A stretch of 64,000 nt of DNA, from the IMG/VR virus record IMGVR_UViG_3300042465_006864, positions 69,832 to 133,831 of that record. One strand, 5' to 3'. Origin of the DNA: a virus. The notes under the pieces were generated by a model, which saw only the letters and a program-made list of their open reading frames with translations, searched no databases and had not been told where the DNA came from. The translations under genes and the position numbers were made by a program. Below are positions 37,936 to 48,739 of this stretch, piece after piece (position 1 is the first letter of the stretch; each line of letters starts with the position of its first letter).

Positions 37936-39017
37936 TAGACAAACGACTCAAGAATTTTCTGAACGGTATTGGCGTAGGTTAGTTGCTCGCCAAGCTTGAT
38001 TCCAGCAGTATTGATAGGTTGGTCTGCCAAGCGTTTTTCTGCTCTATCGAATGCATCAATCATTGCTTGATCAGAATAAGCAGGAAAAGGACCCTGATTA
38101 AAGCTATGACCAGTGGTGAAGAATGCACCATCATGGCTGTCAATAAACGAATCGCACTCAACAAGAATGGAGTTTTCATCTGTAGCCCAATCTTTGTGAG
38201 AGGTAGAGTTTGAGACGATAGACCATTTGCCGAGGCACGTAGCATTAAAGCTTGGCAGATTCCAACCTTCGGCGTAACTTAATCCAGTAAGATCAATATC
38301 AATCGCATTTAGCAACTCATTGACTTCCTGATTAGTTTTCAAGTATGGAAGAAAATTGATATTAGAATACCTTTTGCCTCCAAGAACACCATTGATGATT
38401 TCACTCATCTGTTCAGGCTTAAAGAATGGATTTGTAATACAGCAAGTAAGTTGATACTTATTGTCGTTTCCATATTTTTCAAGCCACGCTTTGATGATGC
38501 CAGCAGTGTTCTTTCTCTTCTCAAACTTGCCCATCAGTCCGAAATGAGTTACGCCTTTCAAGTATGTGCGATCAGTTCTTTGGAAGTCCTGATCGAACCC
38601 AAGAGGTGCAAAAACAAAGTTATCACACCCTTTTTGTTTAAACAAGTCCAGCGCATAATTGGAAGTAACGATTACCTTATTTTGGGATTTGGCAATAGCA
38701 ACCTCTATATCAGTGGGTTCGCTGCACTCGTAAAATGTAAAAAGATTTTGGCAGTGAGATTTTCTGTCTTCCCCACCACTGAAGTGCCATAGTTTCAGTG
38801 ATGGAGATCCATGTGACAACGCCGAGTAACGATTATCAATTGCTCTCTGCAAATATTGTTTAAAGTCTTCTGAGACTTTGAAAGTAGACAAGTCAACATT
38901 TCCAATTGGAAAAAGCCCAATATCAAAATTCAATTTATAAAACTCCCGAAGAATGTTAAAAGAAACATTTCCGAAACTAAGGGAATTAAGTGGAGCTTCT
39001 ACTATTAGGCTTTTCAT
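37935..39017 (-). CDS. GT-B glycosyltransferase
   Basis: MGKFEKRKN, SYAEGWNLP. Confidence 0.8.
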   Translation of the reverse strand: MKSLIVEAPLNSLSFGNVSFNILREFYKLNFDIGLFPIGNVDLSTFKVSEDFKQYLQRAIDNRYSALSHGSPSLKLWHFSGGEDRKSHCQNLFTFYECSEPTDIEVAIAKSQNKVIVTSNYALDLFKQKGCDNFVFAPLGFDQDFQRTDRTYLKGVTHFGLMGKFEKRKNTAGIIKAWLEKYGNDNKYQLTCCITNPFFKPEQMSEIINGVLGGKRYSNINFLPYLKTNQEVNELLNAIDIDLTGLSYAEGWNLPSFNATCLGKWSIVSNSTSHKDWATDENSILVECDSFIDSHDGAFFTTGHSFNQGPFPAYSDQAMIDAFDRAEKRLADQPINTAGIKLGEQLTYANTVQKILESFV

Positions 39018-39022
39018 ATCAA

Positions 39023-39415
39023 TTAAAATGGAATGTCATCGTCGTCTGCCGCGAAATTATCTTGTTTTGCAGCTGGTTTAGATGGTTTGTCAGCTTCGTC
39101 TTTTTTGCCGCCGCCAGTATTGAGGAACTTGATTTTGGTTCCACGGATAAAGTTTTTGGATTTTTCAGTTCCATCTTTATCTTTCCAAGTGCTGGAGCTT
39201 AGCTCGCCTTCAAAGTAAATTTGACGACCTTTGACGAGGTATTGTTGGCATGTTTCGCCAAGTTTTTCCCAGCACTCAACGTCAATGAAACATTTGTTTT
39301 TTGAGTTAGAGTCTGAGATACACATTCTCATGCGACAAATAGATTTGCCACTAGAGGTTGATTGAGTGGTGGGGTCAGCCACCAGATGTCCGATTCCTAC
39401 GATTGTATTATGCAT
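39023..39415 (-). CDS. ssb: Single-stranded DNA-binding protein
   Basis: IGHLVADP, FIDVECW, YLVKGRQIYFEGEL, DDDDIPF tail; start reassigned to MHNT. Confidence 0.9.
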   Translation of the reverse strand: MHNTIVGIGHLVADPTTQSTSSGKSICRMRMCISDSNSKNKCFIDVECWEKLGETCQQYLVKGRQIYFEGELSSSTWKDKDGTEKSKNFIRGTKIKFLNTGGGKKDEADKPSKPAAKQDNFAADDDDIPF

Positions 39416-39977
39416 TTTGAATAATTTTTTTAATTTTGTTGATGAATTTGTCGTGAATATCAATGCAGCCCTGTATGGACATTTTCAAAGATTCCGCAAC
39501 TTCTTTCCATCCGTGCGGCTTATTGTAAGTCAATCCATAGCGCATGTCAATAATTTTTTTGATTCTTTGATCTTTTTGTTCATTAGCCATTTGGATAATC
39601 ATTTCAAGAGATTCTTGCGCCTGTATCTCATCCAAGAAGAGTGAGCCATCAGAGCATTGATCAAAGTTATCGTCAAGCGATTCGCGTTGGAATTTCTTTT
39701 GTTTATTATAGATATTTAAACAGCGCCAGCGAGTTTCATTTGCTAGATATGTCGAGAACTTGACGTTTCTATCTGGCTCGAATTTTAAAGCAGCAGAATA
39801 GATGTAGTAATCTTTCTCCTCTAGGATTTCGTTTTTATCAATAAAAAATGCTGCATTAGCGATTGTTCTATTAACTGTGTCGATGTAAATGCCCGAATGC
39901 TTGTCGATAAGACACTGAAGGCTTTCGCTATCGTTTTCTTGTTTGATTTTTTCAATCAATGAAATGTCTGTGTCCAT
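39408..39977 (-). CDS. Sigma-70-family factor
   Basis: KFEPDRNVKFSTY region 2; IIDMRYG...KEVAESL region 4. Confidence 0.8.
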   Translation of the reverse strand: MDTDISLIEKIKQENDSESLQCLIDKHSGIYIDTVNRTIANAAFFIDKNEILEEKDYYIYSAALKFEPDRNVKFSTYLANETRWRCLNIYNKQKKFQRESLDDNFDQCSDGSLFLDEIQAQESLEMIIQMANEQKDQRIKKIIDMRYGLTYNKPHGWKEVAESLKMSIQGCIDIHDKFINKIKKIIQNA

Positions 39978-40558
39978 AGTTCAATTTCTTTTTCATCAAC
40001 GGTTTTTTCAAGCACTTCGATAGCAACTTGCTTGAGCATTTTTTTATTTTCAGCGCCAACGGTTTGCCAAGTCAACTGGAAGTCGCAGCTAGCTTTGAGA
40101 ATTGGATTGTTAGCCGCTTCCTCATCGTTTGCTGGAGGGATAATATTTTCGCCATCCATTCTATCAATGAAAATGCAATAGCTCTTATGCTGTCTCAACC
40201 ACTCAAGCTCATTTGGAAAGCGAATATCTGGAACGATATAGACGCACTGTTCAGTCATCTTTTCCGCTGCTTGTTTAATCCAAACATTATCGTCAAGCTT
40301 TCGGCGCACATGCGTTCCCCATGTAACCAGCAACGGTCTGATGATCGTTTTCTCTTCGGTGTTGTCAGTATATACATCAATGCCAAGAGTCTTGTTAACA
40401 AAGTCTCGCAGTTCATCTTTGAGAGAATCAGCAAGATTAATTTTCTTGCTTTTCACGTTGATGTCTGCTAAGGCTTCTTGAATTAGATCTGCCATAGTAT
40501 CTTTGCCGCAGCGAGCGTTGCCGCAAATTCCAATAATTGTTTTAGTTTCAGTGTTCAT
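39956..40558 (-). CDS. Deoxynucleoside monophosphate kinase
   Basis: GICGNARCGKDT, LADSLK, RPLLVTWG, PDIRFPNE. Confidence 0.85.
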   Translation of the reverse strand: MNTETKTIIGICGNARCGKDTMADLIQEALADINVKSKKINLADSLKDELRDFVNKTLGIDVYTDNTEEKTIIRPLLVTWGTHVRRKLDDNVWIKQAAEKMTEQCVYIVPDIRFPNELEWLRQHKSYCIFIDRMDGENIIPPANDEEAANNPILKASCDFQLTWQTVGAENKKMLKQVAIEVLEKTVDEKEIELWTQTFH

Positions 40559-41049
40559 AATCCAGTGCTTCCAAAGGCTCCAGTTCCTCGTTGTGTTTGA
40601 TTTAAAGCTCCAACTTCCCATTCAGTTGGCTCGATTGTTTTTGTGAAAACCAATTGACCGATTTTATCGTATTTTTTGTAAATTTTATCAGCATCTACTT
40701 CACATACCAATTTGCCTCCATCGACGATCATATCGTAAGGTTGAAAAATATAACCAAAACGCAATTTGATTGTTCCACGGTAGCCATTGTCAATAAGTCC
40801 AACAGAATTGCGCAAAAACAAATTAGTCTTAGAGATGGAACTTCTTGGCATAACGAGAGTGTGATAGCCTTCTTCTGGGGCAATCTCTAGTCCAGTATCG
40901 TATTCGATATAGTCGATCTTCTCCCAATATGGACCGTAGGCAATCTGCCCAACAATCTTTGGCTCGCTTTGTGCGATAACGTCCCATCCAGCGTCACCAA
41001 TATTCGCTGGCAAGCTGATGTAATCAACAGAATTTACTGATAGTTTCAT
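40555..41049 (-). CDS. dut: Trimeric dUTPase
   Basis: AGWD, PRSS, GLIDNGYRG, RGTGAFGSTG. Confidence 0.95.
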   Translation of the reverse strand: MKLSVNSVDYISLPANIGDAGWDVIAQSEPKIVGQIAYGPYWEKIDYIEYDTGLEIAPEEGYHTLVMPRSSISKTNLFLRNSVGLIDNGYRGTIKLRFGYIFQPYDMIVDGGKLVCEVDADKIYKKYDKIGQLVFTKTIEPTEWEVGALNQTQRGTGAFGSTGL

Positions 41050-41348
41050 TTTCCTTTTTCTTGATTATCTTTTAGTGGACCGAGTTTTTCTGCAAGGTCT
41101 TTTGCGAATGAGTGCATTCCAAGATCTGCCAAAACAAAAGGAGAGTAGATAAACTCTGCTGCTTTTTTGTTGATTTTGACAGGGATAACTTCAATTGTCG
41201 CTCCAACAGAAAATCCATCTTCTGAAGATTTTATTTGTCGATTTAAAGCTGCTATTGCAGCCGCCATTGGCGATTCTGCCGACTCGATAAGACAATCCCA
41301 CTCTGCACTAGAACAGATGTATGATTGTGTTGTTTTTTTGTCTTTCAT
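41046..41348 (-). CDS. Hypothetical protein
   Basis: TTGACA-N17-TAAATT-N8-ATG leaderless promoter. Confidence 0.7.
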   Translation of the reverse strand: MKDKKTTQSYICSSAEWDCLIESAESPMAAAIAALNRQIKSSEDGFSVGATIEVIPVKINKKAAEFIYSPFVLADLGMHSFAKDLAEKLGPLKDNQEKGK

Positions 41349-41753
41349 ACGAGTGAAATTTAGCGTAAAATTATTATCTTGTCAAGTAATTTGTTGATAT
41401 TTTTTTAATCAAAAAAGAAAATGTATTGTTCTTATGAACAAAGAGAGTCTATCTTATTTCGGGCGATTTAAATTAATTATAACGCTTAGTAATTGCTCTG
41501 CGCCAAAGCTTTAGTTCTAAGCGTGAAGTTATTGGCGAGCTTATACGTATAGATAAGCGTAGAGTGGTAGTACTATACAATACTTTATTGATTATCGTAT
41601 ACGTTATAGACTTGACAAAAGCTTTTGTCTTAGGTCGCTAAGTACTACGTACTCATTATAATGACCAAAAATGACTTGTCAAGAAAAAAATAAAAAAATT
41701 TTTCTTGTTGACATTGACGCGATTTTGACGATAGTTCGTGTAAACAAATTGCT

Positions 41754-42725
41754 ATGATCTTTGAAGAACAAATCTCACGTAAACCGAATAAATATCCATG
41801 GACTGAACAATTCATTGATGCGATGCATCAGGGATTTTGGACTGACAAAGAATTCAGCTTCAAAACAGACTTCCATCAATTCAAAACTATCCTGAATGAC
41901 AAGGAGCGCGAAATCATCGTGAGAACATTGTCTGCAATTGGGCAAATTGAGGTAGCCGTTAAGACATTCTGGGCTAAGTTGGGCGAAAACCTTCCCCACC
42001 CCTCACTTTCCGATCTTGGCTTCGTAATGGCGAACGTAGAGGTAATTCACAACAATGCCTACGAGCGTCTTTTGCGCGAATTGGACATGGAAGACGTATT
42101 CGAGGAAAACCTCAAGCTGGAGTGGATTCAGGGTCGTGTGAAGTATCTCAAGAAATACACTCATCGCTTTTACAAAGATTCCAAGAAGCAGTATCTTTAT
42201 GCTTTGATCTTGTTTACTCTTTTTGTTGAAAATGTTTCTTTGTTTAGTCAGTTTTACGTTATCAACTGGTTTGCTAAGAATAAGAATGTTCTTAAAGATA
42301 CCGACCAACAAGTTCGATATACACGGAATGAAGAAGCGATTCACGCGATGGTTGGCATGAAAATTATCAGCACCATTCGCGAAGAATACCCAGAGCTTTT
42401 TGACCAAGAGCTGCAAGATCGTATCGCTCACGAAGCAGAGCAAGCTTTTATCGCAGAAAGCAAAATTATTGATTGGATGGTAAATGGAATTCAAGAGCCT
42501 GGTCTTTCTGCTCCCGTATTGAAAGAATTTATTAAAAACAGAATCAATGAGTCGTTGACTGGAATCGGATTTTCTCCAGTTTTTGATATTGACAATCAAT
42601 TATTGGATGATACATTTTGGTTCGACGAGCAAGTTCTCGCACCTAATCAAACTGACTTTTTCCATTCCAGACCCGTAGAATATGCGAAAAATTCACAATC
42701 CTACGACGAAGACGAATTGTTTTAA
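41754..42725 (+). CDS. nrdB: Ribonucleotide reductase class I beta subunit
   Basis: EVIHNNAY, ENVSLFSQF, NEEAIH, DFF...EY. Confidence 0.92.
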   Translation: MIFEEQISRKPNKYPWTEQFIDAMHQGFWTDKEFSFKTDFHQFKTILNDKEREIIVRTLSAIGQIEVAVKTFWAKLGENLPHPSLSDLGFVMANVEVIHNNAYERLLRELDMEDVFEENLKLEWIQGRVKYLKKYTHRFYKDSKKQYLYALILFTLFVENVSLFSQFYVINWFAKNKNVLKDTDQQVRYTRNEEAIHAMVGMKIISTIREEYPELFDQELQDRIAHEAEQAFIAESKIIDWMVNGIQEPGLSAPVLKEFIKNRINESLTGIGFSPVFDIDNQLLDDTFWFDEQVLAPNQTDFFHSRPVEYAKNSQSYDEDELF

Positions 42726-42728
42726 TTT

Positions 42729-44381
42729 ATGACGAAAGAAAAATACTACTGGCTAAATGAAGACTCCATTAAATTCTTGGAGCAAGGTTATCTAAGTGAG
42801 GGTCAATCCCCCATCGAAAGAATTCAAGAAATCGCTAATACAGCACAAAAAATCCTTGGCATCGAAGGTTTCGCGGCTAAGTTTGTTGATTACATGTCTC
42901 GCGGCTTTTATAGCCTCTCCACTCCTGTGTGGATGAACTTTGGAAACGAAAGAGGCAATCCAATCTCTTGCTTTAACAGTCACATCTCTGATAGCATCGA
43001 AGCTTTCTTGACTAAGCAAGCTGAAGTTGGCATGATGACTAAAGTCGGTGGCGGAACATCTGGATATTTTGGCGACATTCGCCCAAGAGGTTCTAAAATT
43101 TCAACAGGTGGCGTTGCAGAGGGTGCAGTTCGATGCATGGAGTTGTTTGATAACGTAGCCAAGATCATCAGCCAAGGAAGCGCACGTAGAGGCAGCTTCG
43201 CTGCATATCTGCCGATTGATCATGGTGATTTTGACGAGTTCATGAAGATTCGTTCTGAGGGTCACTCTATTCAAGAAATGTCTATTGGAGTTACGATTCC
43301 TGAAGGATGGATGAATTCAATGATTGATGGCGATAAAGAAAAAAGACGTAGGTGGGGAGCTGTAATCAAGAAGCGTTCTGAGACGGGCTATCCTTATGTT
43401 TTCTTCACAGACAATGCAAACAATCAAGCTCCGCAAGTCTACAAAGACAAGGAATATAAAATCAATGCAAGCAATCTTTGCTCTGAGATTTTCCTGCCAT
43501 CTACCAACGACGAGTCGTTTGTATGCTGCTTGTCTTCATTGAATTTGTTATGGTGGGATGAAATTGAAAAGACTGATGCCGTCGAAACAATGGTGATGTT
43601 TTTGGATGCCGTCATGACGGAATTTATTGAAAAAACAAAAGGCAATCGTTTGATGGAAGCTGCTCACAACTTTGCTAAAAATCACAGAGCTTTAGGCATG
43701 GGAGTTCTTGGCTATCACAGCTATCTTCAATCAAAAATGATTGCATGGGAAAGTATGGACGCTCATTTTGAGAATGTTGCAATTTTTTCAGAAATTCGTA
43801 TACGTGCCGATAAAACCTCTCAAGAACTTGCTGCAATGTTTGGCGAGCCAGAAGTATTGAAAGGCTATGGTCGCCGCAATACTACGACTATTGCTATCGC
43901 TCCCACTACAAGCTCTAGCTTTATTTTGGGTCAAGTTAGTCCAAGTATTGAGCCTCTCAATAGCAACTACTTCGTCAAGAATCTCGCTAAAGGTCAATTC
44001 ACTTATCGCAATCCAAAACTCGAAGACGTATTGGAATTAAAAGGAAAAAATGACAAAGAAACTTGGAAGAGCATTCTAGTTCATGGCGGCAGCGTTCAAC
44101 ATCTTGATTTCTTTACCGAACACGAAAAGAATGTATTTAAGACGTTCGCAGAGATTTCCCAGAAAGAAGTTATCATTCATGCTGCACAAAGACAACGACA
44201 TATTGATCAAGGACAATCTCTTAATCTGATGATTCCTGCTGGCACAAAACCAAAAGAAATCAACGAATTAATGATGTTTGCATGGGAACAGGGAATTAAA
44301 TCTTTGTATTATCAAAGAAGCTCGAACCCATCACAAGATTTAGCACGATCAATTTTGACATGCTCAAGTTGCGAAAGTTGA
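42729..44381 (+). CDS. nrdA: Ribonucleotide reductase class I alpha subunit (no ATP cone)
   Basis: ISCF, SQGSARRG, SNLCSEI, IAPTTSSS, KSLYY, CSSCES. Confidence 0.95.
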   Translation: MTKEKYYWLNEDSIKFLEQGYLSEGQSPIERIQEIANTAQKILGIEGFAAKFVDYMSRGFYSLSTPVWMNFGNERGNPISCFNSHISDSIEAFLTKQAEVGMMTKVGGGTSGYFGDIRPRGSKISTGGVAEGAVRCMELFDNVAKIISQGSARRGSFAAYLPIDHGDFDEFMKIRSEGHSIQEMSIGVTIPEGWMNSMIDGDKEKRRRWGAVIKKRSETGYPYVFFTDNANNQAPQVYKDKEYKINASNLCSEIFLPSTNDESFVCCLSSLNLLWWDEIEKTDAVETMVMFLDAVMTEFIEKTKGNRLMEAAHNFAKNHRALGMGVLGYHSYLQSKMIAWESMDAHFENVAIFSEIRIRADKTSQELAAMFGEPEVLKGYGRRNTTTIAIAPTTSSSFILGQVSPSIEPLNSNYFVKNLAKGQFTYRNPKLEDVLELKGKNDKETWKSILVHGGSVQHLDFFTEHEKNVFKTFAEISQKEVIIHAAQRQRHIDQGQSLNLMIPAGTKPKEINELMMFAWEQGIKSLYYQRSSNPSQDLARSILTCSSCES

Positions 44382-44414
44382 TTTTTTTATTAAAAAAAAG
44401 TGTAATAAGTTCGT

Positions 44415-45389
44415 ATGGAATTAGACTTCTCTTTGCAAATTAAAGACCTCTTTGAAAACTCCGAAGCGGCGAAAAGATCTGGACCAAAAAGCGGGGCGCA
44501 AACCCCCGCTAAACCGTCTGAGCGCAGAAAAGGATCGGATAAAAATCCATCAGGTTCCGCATCGAAAGATGGCGCAAAGATTGAATTTACGGAAAAGATC
44601 GTCAATTCTTTGCAAGAGAAAGTCAAAAACCATAACGAGAAGCATAGCAAAAAAGTTACGCTCTCGCAGTTGAAGAAAGTATATCGTCGTGGTCTTGGCG
44701 CGTTTTCTTCTTCTCATAGACCTGGACAGAATAGAAACAGCTGGGCAATGGCTCGCGTCAACATGTTCTTGAAGATGCAATCTGGTGGCAAAGTAAAGAA
44801 TTCTTATCGTGCCGCTGATCAAGACTTGGCTTCTGGTGAAGAGCTGTATTACGAGCAAAAGTCAGAAGACATTTTTTGGGAATTCGATTCTATCGACTTT
44901 GATTTGGCGCGTATTGATCTTTTGAAAGCCAATGTAGACTTGGATGAAGAAGGTGACATTGATCTCTTTGATATTGATTACAGCGAAGCTGAAAAGAAAA
45001 CTCTTGGCAAGCCATTTCGACTTCCAAGCGGCTCCAACAAAAAATTTGGTGTCTATGTCAAAAACGACAAAGGCAATACCGTAGTTGTTAAATTTGGTGA
45101 TCCTAATATGGAGATTCGCAGAGACGATCCTGACCGCAGAAGAAACTTTCGCGCCCGTCATCAATGCGATTCAAATCCAGGTCCTCGTTGGAAAGCTCGC
45201 TATTGGAGCTGCCGATTCTGGAGTAAGAAGCCTGTGTCATCTATGGCATCAGAAGAATTCCTTTTGAGCGATGATGATGGAATGGATTGGGATTGGGACG
45301 ACTCTGAATTTGTCGAATACGACGAAATCATTGCAGAATATCCAGAATTACAAAATGTAGAAATTCAGGTTGAAGAAGTTGATTTGTAA
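44415..45389 (+). CDS. Two-domain conserved phage protein
   Basis: VYRRGLGAF...WAMARVN and KKFGVYVKN...KFGDPNM...FRARHQC...YWSC domains; GTGTAA promoter. Confidence 0.65.
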   Translation: MELDFSLQIKDLFENSEAAKRSGPKSGAQTPAKPSERRKGSDKNPSGSASKDGAKIEFTEKIVNSLQEKVKNHNEKHSKKVTLSQLKKVYRRGLGAFSSSHRPGQNRNSWAMARVNMFLKMQSGGKVKNSYRAADQDLASGEELYYEQKSEDIFWEFDSIDFDLARIDLLKANVDLDEEGDIDLFDIDYSEAEKKTLGKPFRLPSGSNKKFGVYVKNDKGNTVVVKFGDPNMEIRRDDPDRRRNFRARHQCDSNPGPRWKARYWSCRFWSKKPVSSMASEEFLLSDDDGMDWDWDDSEFVEYDEIIAEYPELQNVEIQVEEVDL

Positions 45390-45404
45390 GATATAATCTT
45401 ACGG

Positions 45405-46223
45405 ATGAACGAGAAAGTTTCCGTATTTTGTATTTGGAGAGATGCTGAAAAGCATATCCATAGAACTCTTAAACAACTAGAAGACATCGAGTCTATCTGT
45501 GGGTATGATTTTTCTTATTATTTTTATGAAAATGACTCTACAGATAATACCGCAAAAATTCTTCAAGAATGGATGAGTGTTCGTAGTGGAGGTTTCTTAT
45601 CAGAAACTTTATCCGCTCCAAAATTTAGCAGCACTCCCGAAATCGAAAGAATGAAATTTCTTTGCAAGTGTCGAAACAAATGCAAAGAATTAGCTGGTGA
45701 AAATGATTCGCGCTTTTCTCTTTTAATAGATGGCGATATTGAATTTTCCAAAGAAAATTTTTTGACTTCTGTTTATGATATTGAAACTTTACCATGCGCC
45801 TCAATGGTCACTCCAAATGTGCGACAAAATATCCCCGATCTAACTTTTGAAGCATCTCCCGATTCTTATTATGATGTCTACCCATTTCGCGATAGACATG
45901 GAAATGAAGGAATTTATTTTTCTGATTGCCCATCATATAATCAAGAAGACCAATTAAACTGGAGATTGGGAATGCCTATTCGTTGTTTGTCAGCATTTGG
46001 CGGATTCTCGTTATTGAAATCTGAAGACTTTAATAAAGTTTCTTGGTCAGCAGACATTCATTGTGATCATGTTAATATGTGCTTTGATTTGGGATTATAT
46101 GGCAATATTTATTGCAATCCTCGCAATAAAGTTTATACAACGGTAGACTTAGAAAAAATTAATTTAGACGCTTGTAAGGAAATATCTAAACAACAAAAAG
46201 AAAAATACGACACATATTTTTAG
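45405..46223 (+). CDS. GT-A glycosyltransferase
   Basis: YENDSTDNT, DGD, SAFGG, CDHV. Confidence 0.75.
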   Translation: MNEKVSVFCIWRDAEKHIHRTLKQLEDIESICGYDFSYYFYENDSTDNTAKILQEWMSVRSGGFLSETLSAPKFSSTPEIERMKFLCKCRNKCKELAGENDSRFSLLIDGDIEFSKENFLTSVYDIETLPCASMVTPNVRQNIPDLTFEASPDSYYDVYPFRDRHGNEGIYFSDCPSYNQEDQLNWRLGMPIRCLSAFGGFSLLKSEDFNKVSWSADIHCDHVNMCFDLGLYGNIYCNPRNKVYTTVDLEKINLDACKEISKQQKEKYDTYF

Positions 46224-46224
46224 T

Positions 46225-46833
46225 ATGAATTTTGATCATTACATTTTCGATTTAGACGGAACTATAGTTAATACCAAAGAAATTCATCAGTTAGCATTTA
46301 ATGACGCTTTGATATATTTAAATTTTCCTAAAATTCCCGATGAAGATTTATTCTCTTTCGAAGCTTTGCCATCCTTTAAAAAGATACAATTATATAATTC
46401 TGTCAATAAAACAAGCATTGATATTGAAAAGTTTTTGAGAACTAAAAATTTTTTTTGTTTAAATAGAATTAAAGAATCTGATTCTATTTTTAATATAGAA
46501 ATTTTCAATTTATTTAAAAAATTATATGAAGATGGTAAAAAAATTAGCATCTGCTCTAATTGTACATTAGAATCAATTATCGCAATATTAGAAAGCGCTA
46601 AGATATTAGATTTTGTAAATCATGATTGTATATTTCATAATAAAAGCTGCGAACCAAAACCATCACCTGAAATATATCGGCTAGCGGTTTTAAATTCAAA
46701 AATAAAACCAGAAAGTTCAATAATTTTTGAAGATAGTCCTATTGGGATTAAATCGGCATTGGAAAGTTTTGACAATATAAATGTCGTTAAAATATTGAAT
46801 CCCGAATCGCTGTTATTATTATTTACTAAATGA
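46225..46833 (+). CDS. HAD-family phosphatase
   Basis: FDLDGT, KPSPEIY, FEDSPIG. Confidence 0.9.
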   Translation: MNFDHYIFDLDGTIVNTKEIHQLAFNDALIYLNFPKIPDEDLFSFEALPSFKKIQLYNSVNKTSIDIEKFLRTKNFFCLNRIKESDSIFNIEIFNLFKKLYEDGKKISICSNCTLESIIAILESAKILDFVNHDCIFHNKSCEPKPSPEIYRLAVLNSKIKPESSIIFEDSPIGIKSALESFDNINVVKILNPESLLLLFTK

Positions 46834-47570
46834 ACAATATAGACATAATCATTCCTTGTGCTGGAAATGGGCAGAGATTTTTAGAAGCTGGTTATGAGCT
46901 TCCAAAACCGATGATAGACGTTCTCGGCAAACCAATGATCCAAAGGGTTATTGAGAATTTAGATGTCGATGGCAAATATCATTTTATTGTTCAAAAAGAG
47001 CATCAAAAAAAATATGGAATTTCTGATCTATTAAAATCTTTAAAAAAAGATTGTAATATCATCGAGGTTGAACAAAAGACAGATGGAGCAGCGTGTTCTG
47101 TATTATTAGCTGAAAAGTATTTAAATGCAGATAGCGAGCTTATCATTACTAATTGCGATCAAATTTTTGAATGGGATAAAAACAAATTCCTAGAATTATC
47201 TAAATTTTATGATGGAATGCTTTTGTGCCACGAAGATAAAAATACAAAATGGAGTTACTGCATAGGCGATATTGAAAACGATGTTATGAATGTTAATTCT
47301 ATAGTTGAAAAACCTAAAGAAATTCCAAATCATTCTTATGCAAATGTAGGATTTTATTATTGGAAAAAGTCTTCTCGATTTTGTCAAGATGCAAAAAATA
47401 TGATTGCTTCAAATGAAAGAGTAAATGGAGAATTTTATATAGCGCCAGTTTACAATAAATTAATCTCTTCAGATAGTAAAAATGTAGCAGCGACTCTTTG
47501 TAAAAAAATGTGGGGCATTGGCACTCCAGAAGATTTAAAAAAATATGAACTTGAGTTTAATTTGGATTAA
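46830..47570 (+). CDS. Sugar-phosphate nucleotidyltransferase
   Basis: IPCAGNGQRF...PKPMI, NCDQ, VEKP, GIGTPEDL. Confidence 0.88.
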   Translation: MNNIDIIIPCAGNGQRFLEAGYELPKPMIDVLGKPMIQRVIENLDVDGKYHFIVQKEHQKKYGISDLLKSLKKDCNIIEVEQKTDGAACSVLLAEKYLNADSELIITNCDQIFEWDKNKFLELSKFYDGMLLCHEDKNTKWSYCIGDIENDVMNVNSIVEKPKEIPNHSYANVGFYYWKKSSRFCQDAKNMIASNERVNGEFYIAPVYNKLISSDSKNVAATLCKKMWGIGTPEDLKKYELEFNLD

Positions 47571-48144
47571 AAGAAACAATCAACAAGAAGACATCTTCTT
47601 AGAAGAATATTTAAATCTTTTGAAGGATGTTGATTTAGAAAAAATTGTCGTAGGACATACTTCTCTAGTGAGAAATGATTTTACTTATATTCCGTTCCAT
47701 GAATTTGGCTTAGATGAAATGGGGCTAATTTGCCACAAAAAAAATATAGGAGTTCTGGCATCTAACTCTAAATATTGTTTAGTTATGCATTGTGATGTTA
47801 GACCATGTTTATCTTTTTTTGAAGAGTTTAAGAAAATTGAATCAGAATTAAATGATTTAACGGTATATTGCCCGATTGGTGAATTGGAAAATGGCAATAA
47901 AGGATTAACTTGGTGTTTATATGCTGGAAATCATAAAGATACTAATCAAGAATTTTGCCATGCATCTTATATTAGTGGCGGATGCTTATTGGCATCAAAA
48001 AAGATACTTAGAAAATATCAGTGGAATCAAAACCTAAAACATAATCAAGAAGAAGATTTTGAATTCTCTCAAAGATTAAACTCTTTTGGCATAAAGCACA
48101 AATGCCTTACAAATTTAAAAATAATCATGAAAAATTCTCAATAA
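47545..48144 (+). CDS. GT2-like glycosyltransferase
   Basis: KKNIG, HCD, ISGG, EEDFEFSQR. Confidence 0.65.
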   Translation: MNLSLIWIKRNNQQEDIFLEEYLNLLKDVDLEKIVVGHTSLVRNDFTYIPFHEFGLDEMGLICHKKNIGVLASNSKYCLVMHCDVRPCLSFFEEFKKIESELNDLTVYCPIGELENGNKGLTWCLYAGNHKDTNQEFCHASYISGGCLLASKKILRKYQWNQNLKHNQEEDFEFSQRLNSFGIKHKCLTNLKIIMKNSQ

Positions 48145-48145
48145 A

Positions 48146-48739
48146 ATGAAAAAAATAATATTTGATGTCGGAGCCAATGATGGATCTTCATGTTTACATT
48201 TGCAAAATGAAAATTCTAAAATTTTTGCTTTTGAGCCTACTCCATATTTATTGAATAAATATTTATATCAATATCAAAATGAAAACTATGTTGTAATTGA
48301 TAAAGCGGTTTCTAATTTTAATGGAAAAGCTATTTTTAAAATAGCTGGACAACATGATTGGGGATGCAGTTCGCTTAATACCTTTAGTGATAATTTGAGT
48401 GAAACTTGGAAAGGTAGAACCGACTTTCTAGTTACGGAAGAAATAGAAGTCGATGTTATTACGTTGGAAAAATTTATCATTGATAATGATATCAATACTA
48501 TTGATTGGTTGCACATAGACACCCAAGGCAGCGATCTTAACGTATTAAAAGGATTAAAAGATAAAATATCAATTGTTGTTGCTGGTGTAATTGAAGCTCC
48601 AGCAGATGAGTCTGTGAAATTATACAAAGAACAACCATCAAAAGAAGAATCTATTGATTTTTTAATAAAAAATGGATTTAAAGTAAATTCTATGGAATAT
48701 CAAATGAATGAGTATAATATATATTTTAGTAGATCATGA
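48146..48739 (+). CDS. FkbM-family methyltransferase
   Basis: FDVGANDG, AFEP, LHIDTQGSD. Confidence 0.88.
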   Translation: MKKIIFDVGANDGSSCLHLQNENSKIFAFEPTPYLLNKYLYQYQNENYVVIDKAVSNFNGKAIFKIAGQHDWGCSSLNTFSDNLSETWKGRTDFLVTEEIEVDVITLEKFIIDNDINTIDWLHIDTQGSDLNVLKGLKDKISIVVAGVIEAPADESVKLYKEQPSKEESIDFLIKNGFKVNSMEYQMNEYNIYFSRS

